Source of the DNA: a bacterium
GTDB taxonomy: Bacteria; Patescibacteriota; Microgenomatia; Woykebacterales; RBG-16-39-9b
DNA length: 64,000 nt
NCBI GenBank assembly: GCA_030704665.1
Contig: JAUYID010000009.1
Span: 330,460 to 394,459, forward strand
Direction: 5' to 3'
The stretch's first letter is position 1. Each line of letters begins with the position of its first letter. Below the pieces are notes generated by a model, which did no database searches, was not told the origin of the DNA, and was given only the letters and a program-made list of their open reading frames with translations. This document shows positions 33,447 to 42,307 of the stretch, piece after piece. The translations under genes and the position numbers were made by a program.

Positions 33447-36422
33447 ATGTTAAACCCTGAATCATTCCGACCAGACCTGGCCCCTCAAAGTGGTGAGGGC
33501 GGTGCTTCTGGTGGGAAAGAAGTTTCTTTAGATGCGGCAAAGTTTACAGCCTGGAAAGAAAGGTACGAGGGGGGAAAATCCTTCACCAAGAAAGATGTAG
33601 CTAGCATGGCTAGTTATGTCTCTCGAAGTGGTGGTACTGGTGAACCCGGAGCACCAAACCCAAACGATTTGGACCCGCGTCGACTCTTTGAAAAAATTGT
33701 TGAGAGAACAGAAAAAGAAGAGGGTAGCCCTACAAGAATTTCTTTTAGGGAAGAGGCGGTTGCACAGGATTCAGATGAGACTAGACCAGCTACTGAGGAG
33801 GATTTAGAAAGACTAGCCAAAAATGGAATTGGAGGGCTGCGCGAGGAGGAGTCTCCAAGTCCTCTCGACACAAGTCGCCCACCCGTTGAGCTCGAGGATG
33901 CTTCCCAAGGTCGAGCTCCAGCAGCAGAAGATGTCGATGAAACTGAAGAAGAGCCACAGGGTGGCGTGGTTAAGCAACCTTCCCAAGGTCGTGGCAGAGC
34001 GAGAAGAGCTGATGAGGCTGATCTAGAAGCTGGACAGCCAGGAGGACGAACCCACCGAGCACCGAGAATTCCAGCCCCACCTGAACCACCAGTCGAAGCC
34101 AATGCTGGTGCGGTAGGACCACCTCCAATTGACCGCCAACCTCCAGCTCCACCTGCTCCTGAAGATGATGAGCGGAGACAAGAAACTACTGCGACTACAC
34201 CGCCTGCGCTTCCTAGAGTTGAACAGAGCCAGCCTGATCCGGAAGACCTAGAAAGACACCAACAAGGTCTAAAGACTTACGGAGATTTGAAATTTGGTGC
34301 TGAGTTTCAGTCAGTTGATGGTAGAAATTTTAAAGTAATGGAAACAAAGTTTGTTGATGTTAGTAAGGAAGAAGCAGAAAGACTCCATAGTATAGAAGTA
34401 GAGAAGGGTTTGAGGGGAGTATGGGAAGAAAAGCCAGGGGTACAAATAGAGCTTGCTTTGGGAGAAGAAGGTGGGAAGCAAAGCCGTCATCGCTACGATG
34501 CTAGGGTTGACGGAAATGAGTCGATGAGAGAACTACTAGGTATCAGCGCTCTTGATCATCAGGGAAGAAGAACCGCCGCAGTAGGTGAGCCAAGACAAGA
34601 GCAACCACCTGGGCCGCCAGGACCACCGTCCCGAGTGCGGGTTGTCCCGCCTCCCGAGACTCAACCACAGGCCCCTCAACTAGAAGAGCGGCTACCACCT
34701 CTCTTGGCGAGATTTGATTATACCCAACTGAGCGAAGTCGAAAAAGCTGACAAAGTCGAAGAATTCCGGCAAAGAATTCAGGCAGTGGAAGAAGAAACCA
34801 GAGAACTGCAACCAGGCGATAAAGATGCAATTGTTGACCTGAAGCGAGACTTTCTTCGGGGTGGAGGAGAAATGTTTTGGGCCAGGCCACTAAATCAAGA
34901 GGGACATTGGGGGGACACCCCAAATGAGGCAGCACGAGATTTTGTTAGTTACCTTGGACAGGGAGGCATTTTTACTGATGGGGTAAATACCTACCGAGTT
35001 AACGAGCTTATTCTTACGGGTAGTGACTTGAGTTCGTTGACTCCGGAGCAATTAGAGGCTCTTCGGGAGGATGTAAATCTTTTCGGTTACCGAGCGGTTT
35101 TACATGCGTTTCCGGGTAAGTCTATCAGCGTCCAGTACGCGGTCAGTAATGCAGAAGACCAAGAGCAGGTTTTTCCTCGGAAAGACGTAGTTGGAGCCGT
35201 GCGAGGAACATTTTCTAGAACTGCCGCCCAAACAGCTGCGGAAACCGGAGTTGGTGGAGTAGCAGCGGGAACTGGACCGACTGGAACCGAAACTGGTGGA
35301 GGAGGAATTCCACCGGAAACTCCACCGACGACAACGGCAGGTGGGCCTGAAGGGGAGCCGCCTTCAGAGCGAACGAAGCAAGCTTATGACGCGCTTCTCA
35401 AAGAAGCTCTTGAGGACCTCTCCCGGCGCGGAGTGGGGGCAGGAGCGGAAAGAGAGCCTATCAGCGAAGATTTGTTCAAACGAATTTTGCAAGTACAGAA
35501 TTTTTATTTAGCCAATCACCGTCCTGAAGTTTTCAAAGATCCGAACTTTAACCCGCTGGAAGACCCGGTCATTCAAGCGATCATGACTTTGCGGCAGCGG
35601 GAGAGCTTTGGTTCAGGACAGAACCTGGTGCGAGCGATTTTGATGCTTGAAGGTATGAAGAGTGACGCCATCGGTACCGGAGGAGAGGGAGGAAAAGTCA
35701 GCCCAACCCAGCAGGATCGTTTGAACGAGCTCAACAACCTTCAAAAAGAACTGGAGAAGAATTTGCGCGCTGAGCCACGACGGGGCCTCGTCAAGAGCAT
35801 GGCTGAGTTGATGAGAAGGGCCAACCCACTCAAATGGCGGGAGATTGGAGTCGAAAGAAGATTTCAGAGGGCAGCAGCTTTTGGTTTTGATTACGATCTT
35901 TTGCAGGTGCTCGAAAAGGCTGACTATTCCAGAGAGAGAATTGATGACACACTAAAAAGAAACCTGACTAAGTGGGAAGATGAGCTGATTGCTGCTAGAG
36001 CAGCCGGTTCCGCTCCACTCCCGGTTGCAGCCGAAACTAACGCACAAAGTTCAGGAACGCAAACTGGGGGAGGGAGCGAAACCACTTCCAGCCCTGAGGC
36101 GGCAGCGGCGGCCAAGACTGCCGCAAGTGCTTTTGCTCTTGAGCTGATGAGGACTTGGTTGCGAACCGGCGGAAAAATGTCGCAAAAGGAGATGAATGGT
36201 TTGCTGACTAGGGGAGTAGCCATCTTGGCGGGAGCAGCCAACACCAATCCAGCCCTGGCACCACTTTTCCAAGAGCTTTCAGCAGAGTCACAGGAAAAAG
36301 GTAGGAGAATTGCTTTCTGGCGCTTTGGCAAAAAAGCAGCGGCGACAACTGGTATACTTATGTTAATTACGGTTGCGGTGATCGGTTTAACCAGCTATGA
36401 GGCCTTTCAACAAAAACAATGA
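33447..36422 (+). CDS. Giant (991 aa) Pro/Glu/Gly/Arg-rich, largely disordered protein with a C-terminal TM tail-anchor; GC-rich coding
   Basis: Long uninterrupted frame; low-complexity PAPPAP, GGxGG and acidic tracts interspersed with short globular-looking segments. C-terminal GILMLITVAVIGLTSY. Confidence 0.55.
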   Translation: MLNPESFRPDLAPQSGEGGASGGKEVSLDAAKFTAWKERYEGGKSFTKKDVASMASYVSRSGGTGEPGAPNPNDLDPRRLFEKIVERTEKEEGSPTRISFREEAVAQDSDETRPATEEDLERLAKNGIGGLREEESPSPLDTSRPPVELEDASQGRAPAAEDVDETEEEPQGGVVKQPSQGRGRARRADEADLEAGQPGGRTHRAPRIPAPPEPPVEANAGAVGPPPIDRQPPAPPAPEDDERRQETTATTPPALPRVEQSQPDPEDLERHQQGLKTYGDLKFGAEFQSVDGRNFKVMETKFVDVSKEEAERLHSIEVEKGLRGVWEEKPGVQIELALGEEGGKQSRHRYDARVDGNESMRELLGISALDHQGRRTAAVGEPRQEQPPGPPGPPSRVRVVPPPETQPQAPQLEERLPPLLARFDYTQLSEVEKADKVEEFRQRIQAVEEETRELQPGDKDAIVDLKRDFLRGGGEMFWARPLNQEGHWGDTPNEAARDFVSYLGQGGIFTDGVNTYRVNELILTGSDLSSLTPEQLEALREDVNLFGYRAVLHAFPGKSISVQYAVSNAEDQEQVFPRKDVVGAVRGTFSRTAAQTAAETGVGGVAAGTGPTGTETGGGGIPPETPPTTTAGGPEGEPPSERTKQAYDALLKEALEDLSRRGVGAGAEREPISEDLFKRILQVQNFYLANHRPEVFKDPNFNPLEDPVIQAIMTLRQRESFGSGQNLVRAILMLEGMKSDAIGTGGEGGKVSPTQQDRLNELNNLQKELEKNLRAEPRRGLVKSMAELMRRANPLKWREIGVERRFQRAAAFGFDYDLLQVLEKADYSRERIDDTLKRNLTKWEDELIAARAAGSAPLPVAAETNAQSSGTQTGGGSETTSSPEAAAAAKTAASAFALELMRTWLRTGGKMSQKEMNGLLTRGVAILAGAANTNPALAPLFQELSAESQEKGRRIAFWRFGKKAAATTGILMLITVAVIGLTSYEAFQQKQ

Positions 36423-36751
36423 TCGACAATCTTGAATTTACCAAATTTGTTTTGAAAACGAAAAAAATGACTCCCGAGCAGAAAAATCTCTTTTTGGAGG
36501 CGGTTCCGAACATGACTGAGGAAGATAAAACGAACCTGATTCTTTCCTTGGGCTTGCAAAATTTGGCCGCAATTTATGAAGATGTTTCCGATACCGAGGA
36601 CAAGGCTGCCCTTTCCGGAAAAGACATTGACCAGGAAGTGGATAATTTTCTGCTCAAAAGAGGAGAGAGTATCGACAACGACCAAATTGAGCAGCTGCGT
36701 GATCAACTGAAAAGCGCGAGTGACAGAACCCCAAAACCCGAACAAGTTTAA
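36419..36751 (+). CDS. Small acidic hypothetical protein (110 aa), start overlaps the stop of the 991-aa gene (ATGA)
   Basis: Coupled ORF. The antisense ORF 36407..36745 is judged spurious. Confidence 0.5.
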   Translation: MIDNLEFTKFVLKTKKMTPEQKNLFLEAVPNMTEEDKTNLILSLGLQNLAAIYEDVSDTEDKAALSGKDIDQEVDNFLLKRGESIDNDQIEQLRDQLKSASDRTPKPEQV

Positions 36752-36850
36752 ACCTCTTGAACCTCAGTTTAAGTTGACATCCAATCTCATAGTGTGATAT
36801 ATCATGCCTATTCAATTCGGTTGGTAAGCCATGGATAAGGAGAGTGAAAC

Positions 36851-37450
36851 ATGGATACTTCCCTAGGCCAAAGAATTCAGGACTTCATCCTGTCTTTGGT
36901 GGGAGTTCGGCCTGAACTGGTCAAACACTTGCAGGAGGCCGCGGATGGGGATCAGGGTGAGGTCATGAAGATCTCACGGGCGATTTCCGCCATCGACAAT
37001 ACCTCCGAGCTTCCGCAGCGTTTCGAGGCACTTTCGCCGAAGGTTCGTTTAGCTTTGGAATTCGCGGATGCATCTGCGACAGTTCGAGCAGATCTGGATT
37101 CGGCAGACGAATCGGTTCCAGATTCGCGTGGGCGTCCTCAAAAAGCAGCTGCGAAGAAGACCGCCCGCAAGACCGCCAAGAAGACGCCGAAGAAGGCGCG
37201 CAAGGCGGCCAAGAAGAAGACTGCGGCGAAGAAGACTGGGACACGCAAGAAGGCAGCGAAGAAAACCGCTGGCAAGCGTGCTGCCGGGGAGACTGCGTCC
37301 AAGAAAGCGGCGAGCAAGGGCAAAGTCGACCCCGACACTCGGGTCAAGATCGCGGCGGACTTGAAGAATGGTCACTCGCCGAAAGATATCGCCGCTCGCT
37401 ATGGGGTCACGGGTCAGGCTGTCGGCAACGTCAAGCGTTTTGGACCCTAG
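36851..37450 (+). CDS. GC-rich (~62%) DNA-binding protein: N-terminal domain, histone-H1/HU-tail-like (A/K)KKT(A) repeat tract, C-terminal helix-turn-helix
   Basis: KKAAAKKTARKTAKKTPKKARKAAKKKTAAKKTGTRKKAAKKTAGKRAAG… then GHSPKDIAARYGVTGQAVGNVKRF (HTH). K is encoded by AAG and A by GCC/GCG, unlike native genes. Own promoter TTGACA-17-TGtGATATAT and downstream terminator. Confidence 0.6.
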   Translation: MDTSLGQRIQDFILSLVGVRPELVKHLQEAADGDQGEVMKISRAISAIDNTSELPQRFEALSPKVRLALEFADASATVRADLDSADESVPDSRGRPQKAAAKKTARKTAKKTPKKARKAAKKKTAAKKTGTRKKAAKKTAGKRAAGETASKKAASKGKVDPDTRVKIAADLKNGHSPKDIAARYGVTGQAVGNVKRFGP

Positions 37451-37488
37451 TCGGAATCAGACGGAGAGAAAGAGAGCGATCGCTTTTC

Positions 37489-37526
37489 AGGACCACAACT
37501 CCACTTTGTGGTCCTTCTCCGTTTTT
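37489..37526 (+). terminator. Rho-independent terminator AGGACCACAA-ctccac-TTTGTGGTCCT + TCTCCGTTTTT
   Basis: 10-bp stem plus T-run read directly, 40 nt after the stop of 36851..37450. Confidence 0.65.
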
Positions 37527-37536
37527 AGATTGAAAG

Positions 37537-38745
37537 TTACTTAATTTTTTTGACGAGGTTGGCCAGAGTGAGGGTTTCCTGTTTTTGGGTAGAAAAATCT
37601 TTGAGAGTAATTTTTTCCTCTTTGATTTCCTCAGGTCCGAGAAAGGCTACAAAAGGAATTTTCTTTTGGTCGGCATATTTGAGTTGTTTATCAAGTTTGG
37701 CGTTTGGATCCAGGTAAATTTCCGAATTAATTCCCCGTTTGCGCAGTTCGTTGACCAGTTCCAGTGAATTAACCAAATATTTTGCTTCAAAGATGGTGAC
37801 GAGAACTTGGGTTGACGAGCCAGCCTTCGGTAGTAAACCGTTCTCTTCGGCAGCCTCAAGCAGGCGATCAAAGCCAAAGGAGAAACCAACCGCCGGTACA
37901 GTTTCTTTACCAAAGATACCGATTAGTTTGTCGTAGCGACCACCACCACCGACACTGCCAGAGCCATAACCCTCAATTTCGACTTCAATGATTGCCCCGG
38001 TGTAATAGTCGAGTCCGCGGGCCAGAGTCGGGTAAAAAGCAAAATTTTCTTTTGGTAGCCCGCAAGCTTCCAAAAGATCGAAAAGTTCGTTAATTGCCTC
38101 AGTAGGTGCGGCCCCCTTGATTTTTTCGAGAGTTTCGAGAGCAGCGCGCTGGTTAAAACCTTGTTTCTTGATTTGTTCAACCACTCCAACCTCACCGATT
38201 TTGTCTAGTTTGTCTAGGGCGACAACTATTGCTTTTGGCAAAGAAGTAAAAAGGCTGCGATCGTTGATTTTAAAAGTAAATTTTTCAAAACCAATTGCTT
38301 TGAGTACTGAGGCAGCAGCCAAAATCACTTCGGCATCGGCCAGTAGAGAAGTGGTGCCGACAGTGTCGATATCGACTTGGAGAAACTCACGGAAGCGTCC
38401 CGCCTGCGTGTTTTCCGCTCGCCAAACGGGTTGGATTTGGTAGCGTTTGAAGGGTTTAGTTAAATTCGGATATTGAGCCATGACTCGGGCGAGGGGAACG
38501 GTTTGGTCGTAGCGCAGCGCAACTTCCCGTCCACCGCGATCCTCAAATTCGTAAATGAGTTTTTCTTCTTCGCCGTACTTACCTTTGAGAATTTCAGCGT
38601 ACTCCAGGGCTGGGGTTTCCAGGGGTTCAAAACCAAATTTAGCAAATTCAGCGACCATTTTTCCCAGCAAAAAAGACCGCTTGCGCGCGGCTTCTGGTAA
38701 AAAGTCTCGAAACCCTTTCGGGGTTTGCAAACTTGATTTGTTCAT
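37537..38745 (-). CDS. hisS: Histidyl-tRNA synthetase
   Basis: GFRDFLP N-terminal motif, class II motifs, GGGRYD, C-terminal anticodon-binding domain; 402 aa. Confidence 0.9.
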   Translation of the reverse strand: MNKSSLQTPKGFRDFLPEAARKRSFLLGKMVAEFAKFGFEPLETPALEYAEILKGKYGEEEKLIYEFEDRGGREVALRYDQTVPLARVMAQYPNLTKPFKRYQIQPVWRAENTQAGRFREFLQVDIDTVGTTSLLADAEVILAAASVLKAIGFEKFTFKINDRSLFTSLPKAIVVALDKLDKIGEVGVVEQIKKQGFNQRAALETLEKIKGAAPTEAINELFDLLEACGLPKENFAFYPTLARGLDYYTGAIIEVEIEGYGSGSVGGGGRYDKLIGIFGKETVPAVGFSFGFDRLLEAAEENGLLPKAGSSTQVLVTIFEAKYLVNSLELVNELRKRGINSEIYLDPNAKLDKQLKYADQKKIPFVAFLGPEEIKEEKITLKDFSTQKQETLTLANLVKKIK

Positions 38746-38855
38746 GGTCGCAATTATAGCGCAAGTTAGGGCTATTTGGAAGTTGTTGGTTGGGACAAAG
38801 GGGTCGGGGGAGAGGAGCTCACAGTTGTGAAAACTCCTCTCCGGGCCTTGGTTGT

Positions 38856-40970
38856 TTAGACAGCGATCTCTACTCCTTCCCGTTTGTTCGATCTGTCGCT
38901 TTCCCGGATCAATTCGATCAGCTCATCTACCTCCCATCTGCTACCGTAGCGTTGAGAGAGACGGATCATCAGGGTTTTGGCAGTGTTGTCGAGCACTTCT
39001 CCGTTCTTTTCCGCTTCTCGTGCTTTCCCGAGCTCTTCAAAGGCAGTGGGTAGAAGCTTCGGGACAAGACCTGCTGGGATACCGCAGCGGTTGTCGATCA
39101 GACGAGCATTGAAGGTCAAGTCGCGGTTGACGACACTGGCTAGAAGAAGTTCCCAACTCGAGGTTGTGAACTTGAACGGAGGTTTGTTGCTCGGCTTGGC
39201 ACCATTGGCCCCGACTAGCAATGGGATCGAGCTGATCGTGGGCGTCTGACCTTTGGGGGTCAGATGGATGATGACCTCAGCGATACTTCCAAAGGTCCCA
39301 AGCCATTGGGTCCTAAAGCTATCCAGGAATTGCGAAAATTCCGGAGAAGTGCTCAAGGATGGATCATACAGGGCGTCATTTACCTTCCTCACCACCGAGT
39401 TTAGGTACATATTCGCATCGTCCGGCTTGGTGGGCCCACCTACTGCTTGAGACAGTTGGTACGGGTTCAGGTTTTTTCGGGTAAGAAAGGCAAAGCGCGC
39501 AATCTTGAGCTCTTCGGCGCTGAAGTTCAGATCAAAGCCTGAGGCCGCGACTTCTTCTTCTTCTTCTTCCTCGTCTGCCTCCCCAGGATCTTTACTCTCA
39601 GCAGATAATCGAGCTGCGGCCGCTGCCTGCTCCCTTTCTCTCTCAAAGTCCTCAAACCCAACTGAGTTTGCCCTAACTCTTGGTACTTCCCTGGGATCAG
39701 CTGTGCCTCGGGTGAAGCGCGTGGCGAAAGCTTCAAGAGAAGAGAAGCGGACGGTCTCTCCGAATTTCTCGCGGATATCGGAGAAAAGAGTGCGAGTGGC
39801 TGCATCAAGTGATTCTTCGAGCGTGCCCCACACATGAACCATTTTCTTGATAGCTTGGTCTCGATTGATCCGGGCTGTACCGCGTGACCAACCGAATTTT
39901 TCGTCGATCCCTGACAGAGTAGTAGTGGTTGAGACGAGGAGAACCTCCCGCATTGTCTCAACCTCACGCCCGGTCAGGCTCTTCGAAGAGTCGGTTCGTT
40001 GCCTTGACGCAGGTTGTGATCGGGGAGTAGCCGGTGTAGCAAGGGTTCGCCTACTCAGAGGTGGAGACGGTGGTCTCTGAACCGGTTCTTGCGAAACGGA
40101 AACAGAAGCGGCCATTTCCTCCGTGTCTTCGTTATCACCCCGAATACCCCCTTCCGAGGGAAAAGGAAGAGCTACTCTGTCCAGAATGTCGGGAAAGGTC
40201 TGCCTGAGTTTGGAGATCAGATCCTCTCGGCTGCTTACTCCCAAGACGCGCATGACGTTAAGGATGATGCTCCCAACTGCCAGCACGGATCTACCGGTTT
40301 GCTCGGCGATCTCAGCGTTTTCCAAACCCGCAACGATGAGTTGTGCGACTTCCCATTCTTGGGCGGCTAGAGTCTTGCCGTAGAAGACATGAGAGAGCTT
40401 GGGTTCGGTCGAAGTAGAGGGCTCAGCTGTTCCTTGAGCGTTCTTCGAACCCTTGGGTCGACCGGCTCGTCTGGCCTGAACGACCGGAAGGGTTGCTTCG
40501 GCTTTGGGTTCTGTCGAAGCAGGAGTTGGCGTTTGTTCTGGCTCTGGGTCAGCAGATGGGACTTCCTTCACCGCCGAAGGCTTATCGGCTCGAAGAGCCT
40601 TTTTGGCGGGCTGAAGTCTTTGCTGTTCCTGCCTAGGAGCCTTCAAAACCTTGCCTTCTCGGACCAGCGGCCGTAGTCTGTGGTAGAAGAGCAGCTCGGT
40701 AGAGAGTTGCGCTCCGGACAGTCCGTCTGGGTTGCGTAGAGCCGTTTCAAGGCTAGCCTGGAAAAGCTCATCAGCTTGGTCAGGGTGTTTGCCGAGCCGC
40801 GTCAAGAGACGTTTGCGTTCCCGCAGACGCTCCAGACAAGCCTGATCTGGATTGGCCTTTCTTTTCTCCTGTTTCTCTGCCTCAGAGAGGAAGCTGAGAA
40901 GGGCATTTGCAGCAGTTCTGAACTCAATACTGGTCATGGGGTCTCCCTCCCTTTCATTTCCAGAATCCAT
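38856..40970 (-). CDS. GC-rich (~55%) large regulatory protein with AT-hook (RRAGRPKGSKN), LuxR/GerE-type HTH (EWEVAQLIVAGLENAEIAEQTGRSV…) and an uncharacterised ~300-aa C-terminal domain
   Basis: 704-aa ORF (likely start at the second Met, MTSIEF). Motifs read from the translation; acidic EEEEEE tract. Composition unlike the neighbouring hisS. Confidence 0.5.
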   Translation of the reverse strand: MDSGNEREGDPMTSIEFRTAANALLSFLSEAEKQEKRKANPDQACLERLRERKRLLTRLGKHPDQADELFQASLETALRNPDGLSGAQLSTELLFYHRLRPLVREGKVLKAPRQEQQRLQPAKKALRADKPSAVKEVPSADPEPEQTPTPASTEPKAEATLPVVQARRAGRPKGSKNAQGTAEPSTSTEPKLSHVFYGKTLAAQEWEVAQLIVAGLENAEIAEQTGRSVLAVGSIILNVMRVLGVSSREDLISKLRQTFPDILDRVALPFPSEGGIRGDNEDTEEMAASVSVSQEPVQRPPSPPLSRRTLATPATPRSQPASRQRTDSSKSLTGREVETMREVLLVSTTTTLSGIDEKFGWSRGTARINRDQAIKKMVHVWGTLEESLDAATRTLFSDIREKFGETVRFSSLEAFATRFTRGTADPREVPRVRANSVGFEDFEREREQAAAAARLSAESKDPGEADEEEEEEEVAASGFDLNFSAEELKIARFAFLTRKNLNPYQLSQAVGGPTKPDDANMYLNSVVRKVNDALYDPSLSTSPEFSQFLDSFRTQWLGTFGSIAEVIIHLTPKGQTPTISSIPLLVGANGAKPSNKPPFKFTTSSWELLLASVVNRDLTFNARLIDNRCGIPAGLVPKLLPTAFEELGKAREAEKNGEVLDNTAKTLMIRLSQRYGSRWEVDELIELIRESDRSNKREGVEIAV

Positions 40971-41087
40971 TCAAAAGGTTAAGGTGCCAAACAAACTAGC
41001 CTAGCGGCTAAGCAGGCGAGATTATATTTGCACATCGGGAGGTAAAAATCCAGACGCTTGTTTAGCTCGTGGTTTTTAAAAGGAAGC

Positions 41088-41798
41088 TCAGCGAGCGGAG
41101 GGAGTTGCTGAGGCAGTAGAAATTTTTATTTTTGCCAAAGAGGGGAGTGAATAAATTAAATTGGCAACTAAATTGCCTCCACTCTCAAGAGTTCCGGCAA
41201 CAACGACAATGTCGCCAACTTTCAGATCCGAGACCAGTAAATCCTTATTTTTCTGCTTGATTTTGGTTTTGGTGGTGAAGAGGGCTGTTGCCAGCTTCTC
41301 TTCAGTTTTTCGGATGTGATTGACCACCAGTCCAGAAGCGTTCAGCTCTCTGATAAAACCAAAAACCGCTCTTCGTTGCGGCTCTTTAGAAAGTTTGCCG
41401 ATCAAAAGAGCAGTTCCGGAAGAGTCTTTTTTCCCGACTCCGTAGACTGCGATTCGGTCACCAATTTTTAGATTGGGGAGTTTAATCTTTGTTTTCTTGC
41501 TGCCGAACTGAAAGTATTTGGTGCTTGAGAGAGTCAAGACTGATTTTTTGCTTTTTCCAAAAAGGACAAAGATAGTCGAGCCATCAATTTGGTCAATCAA
41601 GCCAACGAAGTGGTCTTTGCCAAAACCAACTCTAGTTTCGGCGTTACCTGCTGATTTGCTCGCGAGGCGTCTTTCAATCTCTTCAAGCCTTGATTTGGCC
41701 CGGCTTTCCACTGAGTTGTCCGGGTCCTGTCCAAAAACAACTCCGACCGAAGAAACGGTAAAAAGGACAAGCAAAGTAGTGAAAACTAGTTTAATCAT
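41088..41798 (-). CDS. Secreted hypothetical protein (signal peptide), Lys-rich beta-rich
   Basis: 236-aa ORF, N-terminal signal MIKLVFTTLLVLFTVSSVGVVFG; overlaps the upstream gene by 4 nt. Confidence 0.5.
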   Translation of the reverse strand: MIKLVFTTLLVLFTVSSVGVVFGQDPDNSVESRAKSRLEEIERRLASKSAGNAETRVGFGKDHFVGLIDQIDGSTIFVLFGKSKKSVLTLSSTKYFQFGSKKTKIKLPNLKIGDRIAVYGVGKKDSSGTALLIGKLSKEPQRRAVFGFIRELNASGLVVNHIRKTEEKLATALFTTKTKIKQKNKDLLVSDLKVGDIVVVAGTLESGGNLVANLIYSLPSLAKIKISTASATPSAR

Positions 41799-42196
41799 AG
41801 ATTTTTGATCTCAGGAGAATAAAAAACTTCTCGGGAAAGAGTTTTGGCCTCACCAGTCTTTTGGTCGAAGGCAATGATGTTGATCTGATTTTCGCCTTCG
41901 GTGAGAGTATAGGTGAGACTAAACTTTCCGTCCGTGGTTTCGGTACTAGTATCTTGCGCCCCACCGCTGACCACGACAACTGAGTCGCTACCGGTTGAGC
42001 CCTCAATGACAACCTCTTTCTCAAAAGTTGAGGAACCGTCAGCGGGGGCATCAGTCAGAATTAGGGAAAAGCTTTTAGCACTGTTTTGAGTTGAAGTGTC
42101 CGAACCTTTTGAGAAAAAGCGGAAATAAACAAAGGTGCCAAGGGCCAAAATCACCAAAAAGAAAATTAGAAAAGTGATTAGACTGCGTTTGTTCAT
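41795..42196 (-). CDS. Signal-anchored hypothetical protein with Ig-like Ser/Thr-rich ectodomain
   Basis: 133 aa; TM LITFLIFFLVILALGTFVYF. Confidence 0.5.
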   Translation of the reverse strand: MNKRSLITFLIFFLVILALGTFVYFRFFSKGSDTSTQNSAKSFSLILTDAPADGSSTFEKEVVIEGSTGSDSVVVVSGGAQDTSTETTDGKFSLTYTLTEGENQINIIAFDQKTGEAKTLSREVFYSPEIKNL

Positions 42197-42307
42197 AGAA
42201 TGATTAGAAAAAGAACTTTACGAAATTAGCACCTTTTCAAAAATTTTTCAAGTGGTCCTTAAGGCATTGATCTAAATAAAAAGGAGTGTTAATATCTCTC
42301 TACCTTT

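Noticed and set aside
33614-34935. Several minus-strand ORFs (up to 162 aa) inside the 991-aa gene
   Set aside because: Low-complexity GC-rich sequence yields long antisense open frames. The + strand frame is continuous for ~3 kb and translationally coupled to its neighbours.
36963-37375. Arg-rich ORFs (RRRRRRR…) on both strands overlapping the KKAA-repeat gene
   Set aside because: These are frame-shifted or antisense readings of the AAG/GCC repeat tract. The + frame has a promoter, SD, coherent domains and a terminator.
39505-40676. Plus-strand ORFs of 77-110 aa within the 704-aa minus-strand gene
   Set aside because: Antisense artefacts of a GC-rich gene; no independent signals.
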